DNA of 60,000 nt from Felis catus (lineage: Eukaryota): contig NC_058368.1 in the NCBI RefSeq assembly GCF_018350175.1, positions 226,674,001 through 226,734,000 on the forward strand, written 5' to 3'. Under the pieces are notes generated by a model. That model saw only the letters and a list, made by a program, of their open reading frames with translations, had not been told where the DNA came from and made no database searches. The position numbers and the translations under genes were made by a program. This document shows, one piece after another, positions 38,175 through 50,655 of the stretch. Position 1 is the stretch's first letter. Each line of letters begins with the position of its first letter.

Positions 38175-40367
38175 AGAGGTAGCCGGGAGACAACGAAACA
38201 CTGTGTAGACTGGCAGGAATCACTCAGTTTAAGGAAGGCTTCTGTGAAATCCAAGATGGCCCGACATCCTTGCTCTGGACTTCATGTAGGGGGGTGGGTA
38301 AGGAGAAAGTCGAGAGCTGAGTCCCATTTGAAAAGCTGTGCTATTTTCCTGTGGCTCCCTATTTACAACCTCATTCATCCAAGTGCCTGGTGAGACATGA
38401 TTGCCATCAGCCACCAGAGCTCAACCCTACAAAGCAAGCTCAGGCGCCACAGAAGCCTTTCGCCATCGGGCATGATGAGGTCGGGCTGTTGCATTTTTAT
38501 TGCCATTAGAATAAACTGTTCGCAAGAGAAAGATGCTTCAGCTATTAAAATAAGTGAGGGGGAAAAAAAGCCCAGGTATATAAGTATGTTTTATGTGCAA
38601 CGCTCAGCCGAACATCTGCAAATCATTTTAGTCCTGTACGCTAATAAAAAGTGTGTGCGCTTTTTCCTTCTGTTTATCCTCGAGAATTTTTTCTTCTGTC
38701 TACCACTCATAAGAATACATTTTCATTTTCTTCTCCATCGACTTTTTTTTTTTTTTTACTGGCTCCTCTAATAGACGCTGTCTCTACATCTGAATGGAAG
38801 AATTACCCCAACAGGCTTTCTGAGTTTGTGTAAACCCACAAGGAAGCAAACAAAATGATTTCCCCCACATTTTAGCTGGAATCATACCAAGACGATGTCA
38901 CTGACCCACTGCTCCCCGCCGGCCCCTCCAAGTGCACACTGGCCTGTGTGGGGCCTCTCATAGTCAGAGTAGATGCATTTAAGTAGATTTAAATACTGGG
39001 CTATGCCAGGACGCATAGAAGAGAGAGTATCAGGTTCCCTAAGCACATTTGCCATTAATATTCTGAGCTCGTGAATGCCAGTAATTTGAAAACTTGACTT
39101 TCGGCGTCAGGTTGAATCTGTTGATTTCTGTCCTGTGATTTAGCACAAACCAATTATTCTTCCTCCCCCCCCCCCCACTCCTATCAAGGTAATTATGCCT
39201 TGGAAGACACAAGAGTGGGTTCTGGCATCTTTGGTTGACCCCCTGAAGACACCAGTCTTCGCTTGAGTTTTCTGAGCAGAACAAACCCACTGAAAAGCAC
39301 AATCGGGGCTATTTCTTCTCATTTATTAGCTGATGAAGAATAGTAGAGTATTCCTTGCAATATAAGCTCCTTCTAAAAGAAAGGCATGTTCTCAGAAATA
39401 AACAGGATCAAGAATTTTTTCCTGCCGATTGTTACAAACTTCAAACTGTTTTTCTCATTGTGTCCCCCCTTTAATGCATAACGGGCACGAAGAATGAGCA
39501 GGACTCACAAAGCATAATTTCTTTTAGTCCTCCTCTACCCCATTAGAGTATATCCAAAGGGGGGGAACCTCCTCCCCGGCTTCTGGATAAAAACTCAGCA
39601 AACAGAGTCCTAGGGGGAGGAGAAACAAGACGAGAAGAAGAAATCTTACTTGACCTGCACAGAACTTGGGTCTGGCTAATATTTACGGCATTTTTCTGGG
39701 GTCTAGGGGTTACCCCTCCTCACCGTGTCTCAGTCCCTCTCGTGGCAGTTCCCTTGATATCAAGGAGCCACTTTTCTCTGGCCACTTGCTCCCTCGACAA
39801 CCCGAGGTCCAATGATTCCCCCCCTCCGGCTTTCCTCTGCTGACAGTTAGCAAACCCCAGCAGAACCTATTTAACGGCATCTAAGACCATCTGGCCCTTA
39901 GCTCGCTTCGTGTCCTTGGGCGATACTCATGCATTTTTCTTCCCTATAAACTCCCTTTGTTCTGTGCCCTGAAGTAGCCAGCCAGGAAGATTTTTCGGGC
40001 AAGAGCAAACCCCATAGCTCTGTCACTCTCCCCACTTCAGGGAGCACTGCCAGTAGTCAGGATGAACCCCTGTCAGTGGCCTTGAGGGGAAGGGTAGGCA
40101 TCCCTCCCATCCCCTACGGCCGGGGAAGGGGGCCCTCACATCACCAAGAGCTCTCTCTAAAGACAGTCACTTTTATCATCTCTTCCTCTTCAATAATCCA
40201 ACCCTTTCTAGCCTCTATGCAGCGAGCAATCCAAGGACTACAAAACTGGTTTTTGAAATGCCACGAACAGATCTGCATTTGGCCTGGGGTCCCTGCTGTG
40301 TTGTATCTACTGTGCTTTCACATCTCAGCGAAAACTTGCCATTTACCCTCTCGTTAAAAATGCCGCT

Positions 40368-40744
40368 CTCCCAAGAAGATACACAGGTGGAAAACAAGCA
40401 TGTAGAAAGATGCTCCCCGTCACATGACAGCAAGGAAAGGAAAATTAAAACGAGATACCACTTCACACCTGTCAGGATGGCCAAAATGCAGAACGCTGAC
40501 AGCACGAGAGGCCGGCAAGGGTGTGGAACAACAGGAACCATCAATCGCTGCTGGTGGGAATGCAAAAGGCTACTGTCACTTGGAAAGACAGTTTGGGGGC
40601 TTCTTAGAAAACCAAACGTACTCTTACCACATGATCCAGAATCACATTCCATGGTATTGACCCAAGGGAGTTGAAAACTTATGTCTGCACAAAACCTACA
40701 CGTGAATGTTTATAGCAGCTTTAAAAAAAATGTTTATTTATTTT

Positions 40745-40794
<50 letters not shown>

Positions 40795-41535
40795 CCCAAG
40801 CAGGCTCTGCACCGTCAGAGCCTGACTCGGGGCTCAATCCCACGAACCATGAGCTCATGCCCTGAGCTGAAACCAAGAGTCAGACGCTTAACCGACTGAG
40901 CCACCCAGGTGCCCCTACGGCAGCTTTACTCCTCATTGCCCAAACGCGGAAGCGGCCAAGATGTCCTGCAGCAGCTAAGTGACTGAATACATTGTGGTCC
41001 ATCCAGACAAATGGATATTATCAGTGCTAAAGAGCAATGAGCTATCAACTGGCGAAAGGACAGGCAGGAACCTTAAATGCATTCTACTAAGACAAAGAAG
41101 TCAGTCTAAAAAGGCTACATACTGTATGATTCCAACTATATCACGCTCTGGAAAGCAATATGGAGACAGTAAAAAAGAAAAAAAAAATCAGCAACGCCAA
41201 GGGTGAGTAGGGAGGGAGGTATGAACGTGTGGAGCGCAGAGGATTTTCAGGGCCGTGAAACGATGCTGTCTGATACTTTAATCGTGGATCCGTGTCATAA
41301 CGAGTTTGTCAAACCCAAAGAAGGCGCAACACCAAGAGTGAACCTTAGCGTGAACTCTGGCCTCTGGGTGATAATGATGCGTCTGTAACAACTGTAACAA
41401 CTGGGCCACTCTGGTGGGGAATGCGGGTAACAAGGGAGGCTCTGAGGGTGGCGGGGCAGGGGGAAAATGAAAAATCTCCAGATCCTCCTCTCCCATTGGC
41501 TGCGAACCTCAAACTTCTCTGACAAATAAAGTATA
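40368..41535 (+). mobile_element. Old L1 (L1MC-like): ORF2 C-terminus and 3' UTR
   Basis: Translation TRYHFTPVRMA...GCGTTGT...CWWECK...TVW matches the L1 ORF2 C-terminal motif; degraded. Confidence 0.9.
40724..40915 (-). mobile_element. Carnivore SINE nested in L1
   Basis: TSD gcagcttta on both sides. Confidence 0.92.
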
Positions 41536-42585
41536 CCGAAGAGGAAAGCAAAAATGTTACTCCTACGTCAAGTAACTAGGAATGTTTTGTTAAATATTCT
41601 CAACAGTGCCTTCCTCGTCTCATTATCTGCAGTACACAGGAGAGGGAATATTCTGGCGGAGGAAGTGGCCAGATTTTGGAAATTACCCTTAATCCTCCCT
41701 ACATTCCTTGTCCTTCGAAGATTATCCACATCCAGAACTCATCATATTTTGGCCTTTGATTCTGCCAAGCCACACTATGAAACTCCTGACCCCCAAATTC
41801 CTCCGATATTATACAACACTGGCACAGGGCGAAGCGTAGCCCACAGGAACTGGGATCCCTCATTGTCTAGGTGATTTGTCTGGTTTTCTGAGTTATTCTG
41901 ATGTGATCTTTGTTCCCTCCACTTGCCTCCAGGATCACAGGCATTTAGTCCATAATTTTCATGTCTCTTTGAGAATCCGATCAAAGTTATGGCTCCTTCC
42001 CCCCCTTCTGCATATAATTTCAAGTCTCCGTGTGCTCTCTGAAACTCATTCATAAATTCCCTCAGCTCCCTGCATGTAAACAGTGCTTAATATCTCTCAT
42101 AACCACACACCATATCCTCTTTATCCTCCTGTAAACATGTTTTGTCATTTCTATGGAGCCAAAATGAGAAAACAGTTGATCTCCGTGAGGCAATCAGTGT
42201 TTTGCTGTTTTCACCAAAGGTTTATGGAACAGCCACAGCATGCGGGGCACTAAGGCAGAGGTGTGGCTTGCACAGGCTCACAGTATAATTCCCTAAGATG
42301 TGTGCTCCTTGGCCAACCTCGTGCGCTCTAGCGATTTCAACGACAGGGCGCTGCTCCAAAATCTCTCTGCCCCAGATTTCTTCTCAAGCTCCAGACTTGA
42401 ATGTCCACCGGACATTCCGATTTGGGCATCCCACGGTCACCCCCAAACTCAGCAAATCTGGAACACACCATCACGCCTCCAAATCATGCTCCTCTTCGTT
42501 CCCTCTCATGGGTGAACTGCAACCCCCGTTCGACCATTCATCCACAGCAGAAATGTAGAAGATGCCCGGACTCTTATTTATTCTT

Positions 42586-42619
42586 TTAAGTATTTATTTA
42601 CTTACTTATTTACTTCTTT

Positions 42620-42672
<53 letters not shown>

Positions 42673-42723
42673 AGGCGTGCGTGCGAGCAGGGGTGGGGCA
42701 GAGACAGAACCACCTTGGCACCC
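42586..42723 (-). mobile_element. SINE fragment with (GA)n inside an L2 remnant
   Basis: tttatttattta tail, (GA)n, ggggtggggcagaga. Confidence 0.65.
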
Positions 42724-43890
42724 CGGGACTCTTTTATTCTAATACCCAATCAATCAGCAAAATTCTGCCTGTGCTAAGCCCTAAGTGGCTCTTGAATCAA
42801 CTCATCTCTAAAATCACGGCTCTGGTTGCATCTGATTATGTAACACCAATGTGAAATAAGCTGGTCTTGAACTCTGATTTTCCCCCTCTAAAGGCCCAGG
42901 AGCCAAGTCTCTTTGTTCTCTGGCTAGAGATCTAGAAGGTACAGCCAAAGGCTGACTAGATGCTGGAGGACAATGCTGGAAGTGGAGCCCGTTAGGGAGG
43001 ACGAGGGCCACGGAAACTTCATTTCTATTGACAAGGCAGTGTAGGTCCCAGTTGGTCGGTAAGGTTTTCGAAAGGAGGGTTTTTACTGAGCCTTAATCAA
43101 ATTCTTTAACTTGCAACTTAGCCAAGGGAATACCAGGCTGATACGAGCGTCTGTCCCTCAGAATTTGTCCTCAAGCAATTATCTTAGAAATGTGTTTTTT
43201 ATCTGAGTGCTAGATCCGGAAATAGAACGGCTGTGGAAGAAGGGTTCGGTCGCAGCTTCTTAACAAACTAACCCAGATTATTCAAGAAGCGGTCATTCTC
43301 ACTTCAAAATACTTTTTAAATGGCGGAGGGCAGTACCATTTAATAGTAACACGGGGAACTCTATTAATATGCTAAGAATGTTCAGGAAGTTAAAACTCTT
43401 CATTTCTAGCGTTGACTAGGAAGAGACATTGCAAAACGATGTATTTGACTACACAGTGCTGAACAGACTTATTCAGTAAGTGTTTTTGGGCACACATGGT
43501 TTAGTTTTAATAACAACCAGGAATAATTTGTATCTAGCACTCACCATCTACCAAGCAATATGTTAACATTTTATACAAAACATGTCATTGTCATAGAGGC
43601 CTAAGATACTCTTATTAAAAGCACTTCCATGTTATAGTTGAAGACCCCAAAGGTTAGAGAGTTAGTAATTGATCAAAGACTGCACGCTCTTGACCCTGAG
43701 CCAATAATACCCAACAAAGGGTTTCTTTGAGTATTACTCCACGCTGTAGAGGCATGTCAAGAAGAGGAGACATATAAATTACGTTTGATATAGTTCACGT
43801 CCTAGAAAAGGTGGGGGAAGGCAGGAAGAGAAAAAAGGCAGTATACAAGGACTAATTTAGTGCTGGATACACAGTAGACTTCAATATTCT

Positions 43891-44110
43891 TTTTTTTTTA
43901 ATTTTTTTCAATGTTTATTTATTTTTGAGAGAGAGAGACAGAGCGTGAGTAGGGGAGGAGGAGAGAGAGAAGGAGACACAGAATCCAAAGCAGGCTCCGG
44001 GCTCCGAGCTGTCAGCACAGAGCCCGACGTGGGGCTCGAACCCACGAACCATGAGATCGTGATCTGGGCCGAAGTCAGACGCTTAACTGACTGAGCCACC
44101 CAGGCGCCCC
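43891..44110 (-). mobile_element. SINEC_Fc-type SINE
   Basis: Perfect 16-bp TSD tagacttcaatattct. Confidence 0.96.
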
Positions 44111-44472
44111 TAGACTTCAATATTCTATGACTAAATTCAATGTGTTAGTAATTACAGAAAATTGGGCTAGAGGAGATAAAACCTTGAACATAACTTTTAA
44201 AAACTGAAATGAAAATTACATTTTAATTGAATCTCCTATGATAAATAGATAAAACAGCCAAACACACCCTCTGAGAAGAGATAAAATTCAGTGTGTTAGT
44301 AAGAAAAAAAGAGAATTCACTGACCCACAGCAATTCATTGCATGAGTTGCTGTTACGGTCTGTCACCAACAGATAATAACACCAACTCCACAAAGTACAT
44401 TCTAACACTTTATAATCCTACCAGGTTCCGGTTAAGACAGAGATGGGTCAGCAACAACAAGTAGTAGAGAAA

Positions 44473-44473
<1 letters not shown>

Positions 44474-44514
<41 letters not shown>
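44474..44514. repeat. (CA)n microsatellite
   Basis: Direct read. Confidence 0.95.
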
Positions 44515-44517
<3 letters not shown>

Positions 44518-45102
44518 TGCACAAAGACAGTTCCCATTTTGATTCTAAACAAGAAAAAGGAAAGCAAAAGATAATTCTACTAACGTGGAAAGAATGTCTT
44601 GGGTTTCTCCAGAAGAGGTTTATTGGTTCATTACAGAAACGAGCCCTGCCGCCTCCCATGAAGGAAGCATCATTTACGCACACGAATGGCCCATAAAATC
44701 CATTCTTCCGTTGAAGTATATTTCATTGCCTTAGTCAAGCCTTTTGCTTAGAGTAGCAGGAGGGTCAATATTTCCAATCCCCAACTCTGCTCCAACTCTA
44801 ATCTCCATTGAAAGCAGTCAGGGAGTCACAGCTCTGGGGTGCCACCTGCGAATCTAAACCACACCACCCCACACACGCTCAGGTTACGCGGTCGGTGAAA
44901 GAACAAAATGAGGTGTATAAAATGTCCTAGTCTAGTTTACTGGAGTTTTATGACTATATTTGCTTAAATGACAACAAATAAAACCTGAGAGCCATGCAAT
45001 ATCTGAATTAAATCCACATACCATCTCTCCTAACACTCACATTAACTATGACAAATAAACCGTCCCCTTAAATAGCAAATCCCTCCAGTGGACACGAGCT
45101 GA

Positions 45103-45775
45103 TGTGGTAGAAACTGCTGACTGTTCCCTCAAATCCATTCTCTTTCTCCAGTAATAGTTTAAACTGAACACATCCCACCAAGCTATGGGACACCTTCCCT
45201 CGATTCACTTGCAGAGTGGGGGTGGATGAATGGCTCCATTTGGAGCAAAAGATGTGAACAAAAGTGATGTCATCAATGTCTGGGTCATGTGCAACATATA
45301 AGAAGGCCACTCGCCCTAGCATTCTGTCTGTTCTCCTTCTAAACTGGAACACGTATGCACCAAAGACGCCGCGGGTAGGCTGAGCCAAAAAGATGGAAGG
45401 AATCGCATCCAGGTATAATTTACGGAGAAGAGCCCCGTGTGCAATCTGGACTGCCCACCTCCCGGATATTATTACAGGCAAGGGTTTTAAAATCCTTTCA
45501 TTTACTGTATTTTTGTCATCCCTTGTTTTTTATTTTTTTAATGTTTCTTTATTTGTGAGAGAAAGAGAACGAGAACGAGCAGGGGAGAGACAGAAAGAGA
45601 GGAAGACCGAGGATCCAAAGTGGATTCTGCATTGGCAGCACAGAGCCCAATGCGGAGCTTGAACTCACGAACCATGAGATCCTGAGCAGAGCCCAAGTCA
45701 GACGCTTAACCGATGGAGCCACCCAGACACCCCTGTCCTCTCTTGTTAAAGCAGCTTAGTTTTCCCCTAATAAAC
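45103..45775 (+). mobile_element. MLT1-type (MaLR) LTR interrupted by a SINE
   Basis: tgtggtagaaactgctgactgttccc...aaatccattctc; gatgtgaacaaaagtgatgt; ttgttaaagcagc end. Confidence 0.6.
45526..45733 (-). mobile_element. Carnivore SINE
   Basis: Reverse-complement body, degenerate TSD tgtc.tc.cttgtt. Confidence 0.9.
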
Positions 45776-45829
45776 TCTGTGAAATCTACTAGTTAGTGCC
45801 ATTTACCCCAGCTTAAGTCCTCTGTAACA

Positions 45830-46022
45830 GGATTTTCTCAATGCTGGAAATGCTCCATATCTTCACTGCCCAACATAGTAGTCACATGTGGAGACTGAGT
45901 CCTTGAAGTGTGGCTACGATGCCTGGACAACGGAGTTTTTAATTTTATTTAATTGTAGTTAATTGAACTTTTAAAAGCTACATGTGGCTAGTTGCTAGTT
46001 ACTACCCGATTGGACAATACAG
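45830..46022 (+). mobile_element. MER3-like hAT element
   Basis: ggaaatgctccatatct...tttttaattttatttaatt...catgtggcta...ttggacaatacag. Confidence 0.65.
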
Positions 46023-46222
46023 TGTCTGGAACATCTAAAATAGTGAATGTGCGGTCAGAAAGAACTATTATCATCATAGAAAGACCTGCTTTTTAAAGCT
46101 TAGAGATTTTGCTAGAACATTACAGAATAACAGAAGGCTTCAAACCACAGTTTTCTCGAAGTAGCAACAGACTTTGGGCTGACACTAAAGGAGGAAGTGC
46201 TTAGGGTTGTACCTCCATTTCA

Positions 46223-46397
46223 TTTTTTTAAACGTTTATTTATTTTGAGGAAGAGAGGGGGGAGTGGAGAGAGGATCGCAAGCAGGCTCTGTGCTCACAG
46301 CACAGAGCCCAATACGGGGGGCTCGAACCCACAAACCGTGAGATCGTGACTTGAGCGGATGTCAAACGCTCAACCGACTGGGCCCCCCAGGTGCCCC
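46223..46397 (-). mobile_element. Carnivore SINE
   Basis: ...ccaggtgcccc. Confidence 0.9.
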
Positions 46398-47318
46398 AGG
46401 CTGCACCTTCAGTTCAAAGCTGACATGAGCTCCCATTTCAGTATGAAGGACACCTGGCATTCTTTTACACTATCATCTATGTGCTTACCCTCCATAAAAC
46501 TGAACGCAGCGGATTATTTTTGTTGAAGAGACAAATGCAAACAGTTAGCATCAATCAGCCTAACCAGTAAGTTACTTGCTTTTATTCCAGAACTCTGAGA
46601 CCTGGGACAGTAAGAGTTAATTTAGGGATATTCAGAATACCTTCTCATCGATTTGGGTACTCATTTTGTAAAGCTCCACTCTGGAGAGGTCAAGGTTGCA
46701 TTTTTATCGTAAAACACTGCAAAACTCCAGGAAAATACTTGTGTTGTGAAGGAGACAAAATGCCATTTGAAACATCCATCTGAAACATGTAACTGAGGCT
46801 CTAAATACAATTATGAGAAACAAATAAACCAAACCGGGCAGACTGCCCAGCGACAAGAGTCAAATGTAAACTTTGGAGAGACAGAGACATAGAACGAAGA
46901 GAGAGTGGTAAGTTGGGGGGAAGGGAAGGGAGGATAAGGGCAAGAGAGACGGGAACGTGTGAGGGAGGGAGCCCCCAGGGAGGGAGGACAGGTCATCTAG
47001 AGCAGTACAAATAATAAAATACTAATGAAGGAACAAATCAAACAGAAAAGTCTGGCCCAAAGCCTTAAATGTACTCACAAAAGCCCTCATTTAGGCGCTC
47101 CTATGGGGATTCACATAGACACCTATAAAATGTACATGGTTTTGGCCCCTAAGTGGGTTGATGAGAATCTTAAAATGGAAGCCCTGGGGCTCCATGGTTG
47201 GATGAACTTTACCAGCAATAAAAACAGCATTTTCTGATTACGATTAAAAGTTTCAGATGAATTTGAATATCTGCTCAGTAGAAAGACGCGTATCATTGTT
47301 TAAAGATTTAACCAACAC

Positions 47319-47518
47319 GGGGCACCTGGATGGCTCAGTCAGTTGACTGCTCTTAATTATGGCTCAGGTCAGGATCCTGGGGTCATGGGATGGAGCCCCA
47401 CGTCGGGGCTGAACATGGAGCCTGCTTGAGATTCTCAATCTCTCTCCCTCTGTCCCTCTTCCCCGCTCACATGCTCACTGACTCTTGCTCTCGCTAAAAT
47501 TAAAAAAAAAAAAAAAAA
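47319..47518 (+). mobile_element. Carnivore SINE (older subfamily)
   Basis: Head, body, poly-A. Confidence 0.88.
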
Positions 47519-48100
47519 GGCTTAACCGACCCAAATATGAAGCAATAACAAATAGAAACATACAGTTTCATTACCCCTCAGCCTGTAACCATGGGTGGAA
47601 AGAGCAGCCTCATTCTTTCAGGGAAATCTGGGCGTTTCGTTAGCCTCCTTTCTGCAATAAGATAGGAGCATCACCCTTCGTTGACTTTTAGGACTTGGAG
47701 CCACAAAACTTAAGCGTCACAACAGCTTCAAGTCGAACGACGTCATCCCCAGAGGAGCAGGTTCCGTGTGCTCAGAGTAAACAGCTAAAATTTTCATTTC
47801 CCAAAGTGCACGTGTCTGAAACCGTACTGTATACAAAAACATACCCCGGATGGACAATGCAGAATAACCGGTGAGGGGCTGGATGAGGAGACCCAGCTTC
47901 TAGTTGAAGCTCTACCTTAAGTCCGGCTTACTAATAATAATAACAGCACCCAATTTCATTGATTCCAAGCCCCGCCCTCTCACTGTCCATTTCACCTCCA
48001 TCTGACAATCCACAGGACCTTCAAGTCATTGTGGCAGATCACACCATGATTTTGTGAACCCTGCCAGTCATGCATTTTGAGATCCAGAAAGCAGTGGCGA

Positions 48101-48133
48101 AGAAGCAAAACGGATGAACGTTTGGGAAGGTGG

Positions 48134-48166
<33 letters not shown>

Positions 48167-48430
48167 GGGGGGGAGGGGGAGAGAAGAGAGGGAAGAAAAC
48201 CACGAGAGACTTCAGGATGGAGAACAAACCGAGGGTTGATGGAGGGAGGCGGGGTGGGGGGTGGTCTAGACGATGATGGGTACTGAGGGGGGCACACGTT
48301 GTGAGCAGCACTGTTGGATGTAAGTGAGGAGTCACCGAATTCGACGCCCGACACCACTACTGCCCTGTGTATTAACCAACCAGAATCTACATGAAGAACA
48401 AATAAAAACTCACAATGAGGGAAAAAATAA
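48101..48430 (+). mobile_element. Carnivore L1 3' end, GC-shifted, with a G31 run
   Basis: gagaacaaaccgagggttgatggagggagg...gtaagtgaggagtcacc; homologous to 15401-15639 and 21281-21763. Confidence 0.82.
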
Positions 48431-48524
48431 AGGAAGAAGTGGCCTCACGGTATCTCAGGTTTGACGAAATGCAGATCATTGTAGACCAATAGCGGCATTT
48501 GCTGTGTCAGACGCCACGGCTTTA

Positions 48525-48700
48525 TACCTACTCATTTAATCCATTCCCTGACAACCCTTAGAGGGAAAAACTGCTACTAACTCCAAATTCCAGATGTGCA
48601 AACTGAGGCAGAGAGGTTACGTAACTCGCACAAGATCACGCAACCGGTAACTGGCACAGCCAGTTTGAAACCCAGGGAGTCCAACTCTTAGCCACCGTGC
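48525..48700 (-). mobile_element. MIR
   Basis: cagatgtgcaaactgaggcagagaggttacgtaactcgcacaagatcac core. Confidence 0.75.
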
Positions 48701-48840
48701 TGGCTATTGTACCTCATAGGGGACATTGCCAAAGGCTTTTCCAGCATTTGGTGCCTCAACTTCCTGTTGGTCCCCGAAGGGGAGAGCACTGAACTAAGTC
48801 ATCCCTCATCCCATCCAGCTTTAAAACACAGGGTTCTCTG

Positions 48841-49065
48841 GGGGCGCCTGGGTGGCTCCTTCAGTTAAGCGTCCAACATCGGCGCAGGTCATGATCTCAC
48901 AGCTCGCGAGTTCGAGCCTGGCGTCGGGCTCTGTGCTGACAGCTCAGAGCCTGGAGCCTGCTTCGGATTCGGTGTCTCCCTCTCTCTCTACCCCTCTCCG
49001 GCTCTCGCTCTGTCTCCATCTCTCTCAAAGTAAATAAACACTTAAAAAAATCTAAAAACACTAAA
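48841..49065 (+). mobile_element. Carnivore SINE
   Basis: TSD acacagggttctctg. Confidence 0.93.
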
Positions 49066-49120
49066 AAACACACAGGGTTCTCTGACATAAATGAAAGCAG
49101 ATCACAGCCGTAGGACGGAC

Positions 49121-49219
49121 ACCATACTATTAAAGAAACAAATGATACTTTAATTTTAATTGTATTTCTTAAATTCCTTACAAGATACCGTTATTTCTTT
49201 CCATGCATAGGGAAAAAAA
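49121..49219 (+). repeat. Copy A of a ~100-bp dispersed direct repeat
   Basis: Shares tatta[a/g]agaaacaaatg and ttaatttta[a/g]ttgtatttcttaaattcct with 55924-56028. Confidence 0.85.
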
Positions 49220-49384
49220 CTTACAGGACAAAACTGGGGCGTTTTTGTTCCTGCTTAAAGAACAGTAATTTCAGACAAAGCAGATATTACCCACTAGGAA
49301 TCATTACTTCTGTCCCACCTTCTAATTCAGCTACCTTTTTCAATTTCCGTGGTGTGGGACATTGGGGGACAAACTGAAATCACA

Positions 49385-50035
49385 GCAAATCTAGACCTTC
49401 CTAGGCAGCAGAGAAATAAGGTGTTTGCGAGGTTTGAAGACAGACCTCCTATTAATAGGGAACGACACTCTGATTTGTAGATGCTCGTGCCATTTCATAC
49501 AATAATGGCAGGATTTGGTGCATAGCATAGAATTTGGTCTATGTCCCAAATAGGAACAATAAAGTACACATACACATGCACACACACACACATACTCACA
49601 CAATTTGCATTATGTGAATAGTATTCTACATTGAATCAAGCAAGGACTCTTGAAACAATGGGATTTTCCCCACCAAGTTTAGAACCTTTAAAAAGTCCAT
49701 TATTGGGGTGCCTGGGTGGCTCAGTCGGTTAAGCATCCAACTCTTGGTTTTGGCTCAGGTCACGATCTCACAGTTTGTGGGTTTGAACCCTGCATGGGGC
49801 TCTGTGCTGACAGGGCAGAGCCTGCTTGGGATTCTCTCTCTCCCTCTCTCTCTGCCCCTCCCCTGCTCTGTCTCTCAAAATAAATAAACTGAAAAAAAAT
49901 TTTTTTTAAGTCCATTATTGTATGAAATGGCACGAACATCTACAAATCGGAGTGTCCTTCCCTATTAATACGAGGTCTGTCTTCAAACCTCGCAAACACC
50001 TTCTTTCTCTACTTCCCAGGAAGGTCTAGATTTGC
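49385..50035. repeat. Long inverted repeat, 124-bp arms (49385-49508 and 49912-50035)
   Basis: Manual alignment of the left arm with the reverse complement of the right arm: 116/124 identical, no indels. Confidence 0.95.
49706..49907 (+). mobile_element. Carnivore SINE inside the inverted-repeat spacer
   Basis: 13-bp TSD aagtccattattg (49693-49705 and 49908-49920). Confidence 0.94.
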
Positions 50036-50412
50036 CATCATGAAAAGAGAGCTCAGACTCTTTTCCAGGTCCCTGATGCAATTATAACTCAAAAATGAAA
50101 ACTTAACCAAAAAATAAACCGCATTCTAACTGCCCTCCATCAAGTGCGATCTGAAGGGATTGTCCAAAAGAGGGAGAAATAGAGCATAACCTCCACCGCT
50201 CCTGTGACTTCTTTCAGCTATAGACAGGAATTTCCTGTTTCAAAGATGAATTCCAAAAACAACTTTTTTTTTTCCAATTTTCTAAGTTTCTGGCAGAACT
50301 TACTCAAAGTCGATCCACTAGTTTCCTGGGCCAAATCAGGAGAATTTAGAAAGTGTGAAAGTAGCATTTGAGGTAGATACTGACTTGGCTACCTTAAAAA
50401 TAAGGCTCTGAT

Positions 50413-50562
50413 GGGGCACCGGGGTGGCTCAGCTGGTTAAGCATTGAACTTCAGCTCAGGTCACGATCTCACGGTTCGTGAGTTCAAGCCCCAAGTTGGG
50501 CTTGCTGCTGTCGGTGCACTCTGCTTCGGATCCTCTGTCCCCTCGCTCTCTGACCCTCCCCT

Positions 50563-50609
<47 letters not shown>

Positions 50610-50655
50610 AATAAAGAAGCATTTCTTAAAAACTGGAAAAATCAATCAATCAATC
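50413..50655 (+). mobile_element. Carnivore SINE
   Basis: TSD aataagg[c/t]tctgatg. Confidence 0.92.

Noticed and set aside
40258..40674. 138-aa ORF with a recognisable motif
   Set aside because: Degraded L1 ORF2 C-terminus, not a host gene
47992..48357. Poly-Pro and poly-Gly ORFs
   Set aside because: Translations of the G homopolymer within an L1 3' UTR
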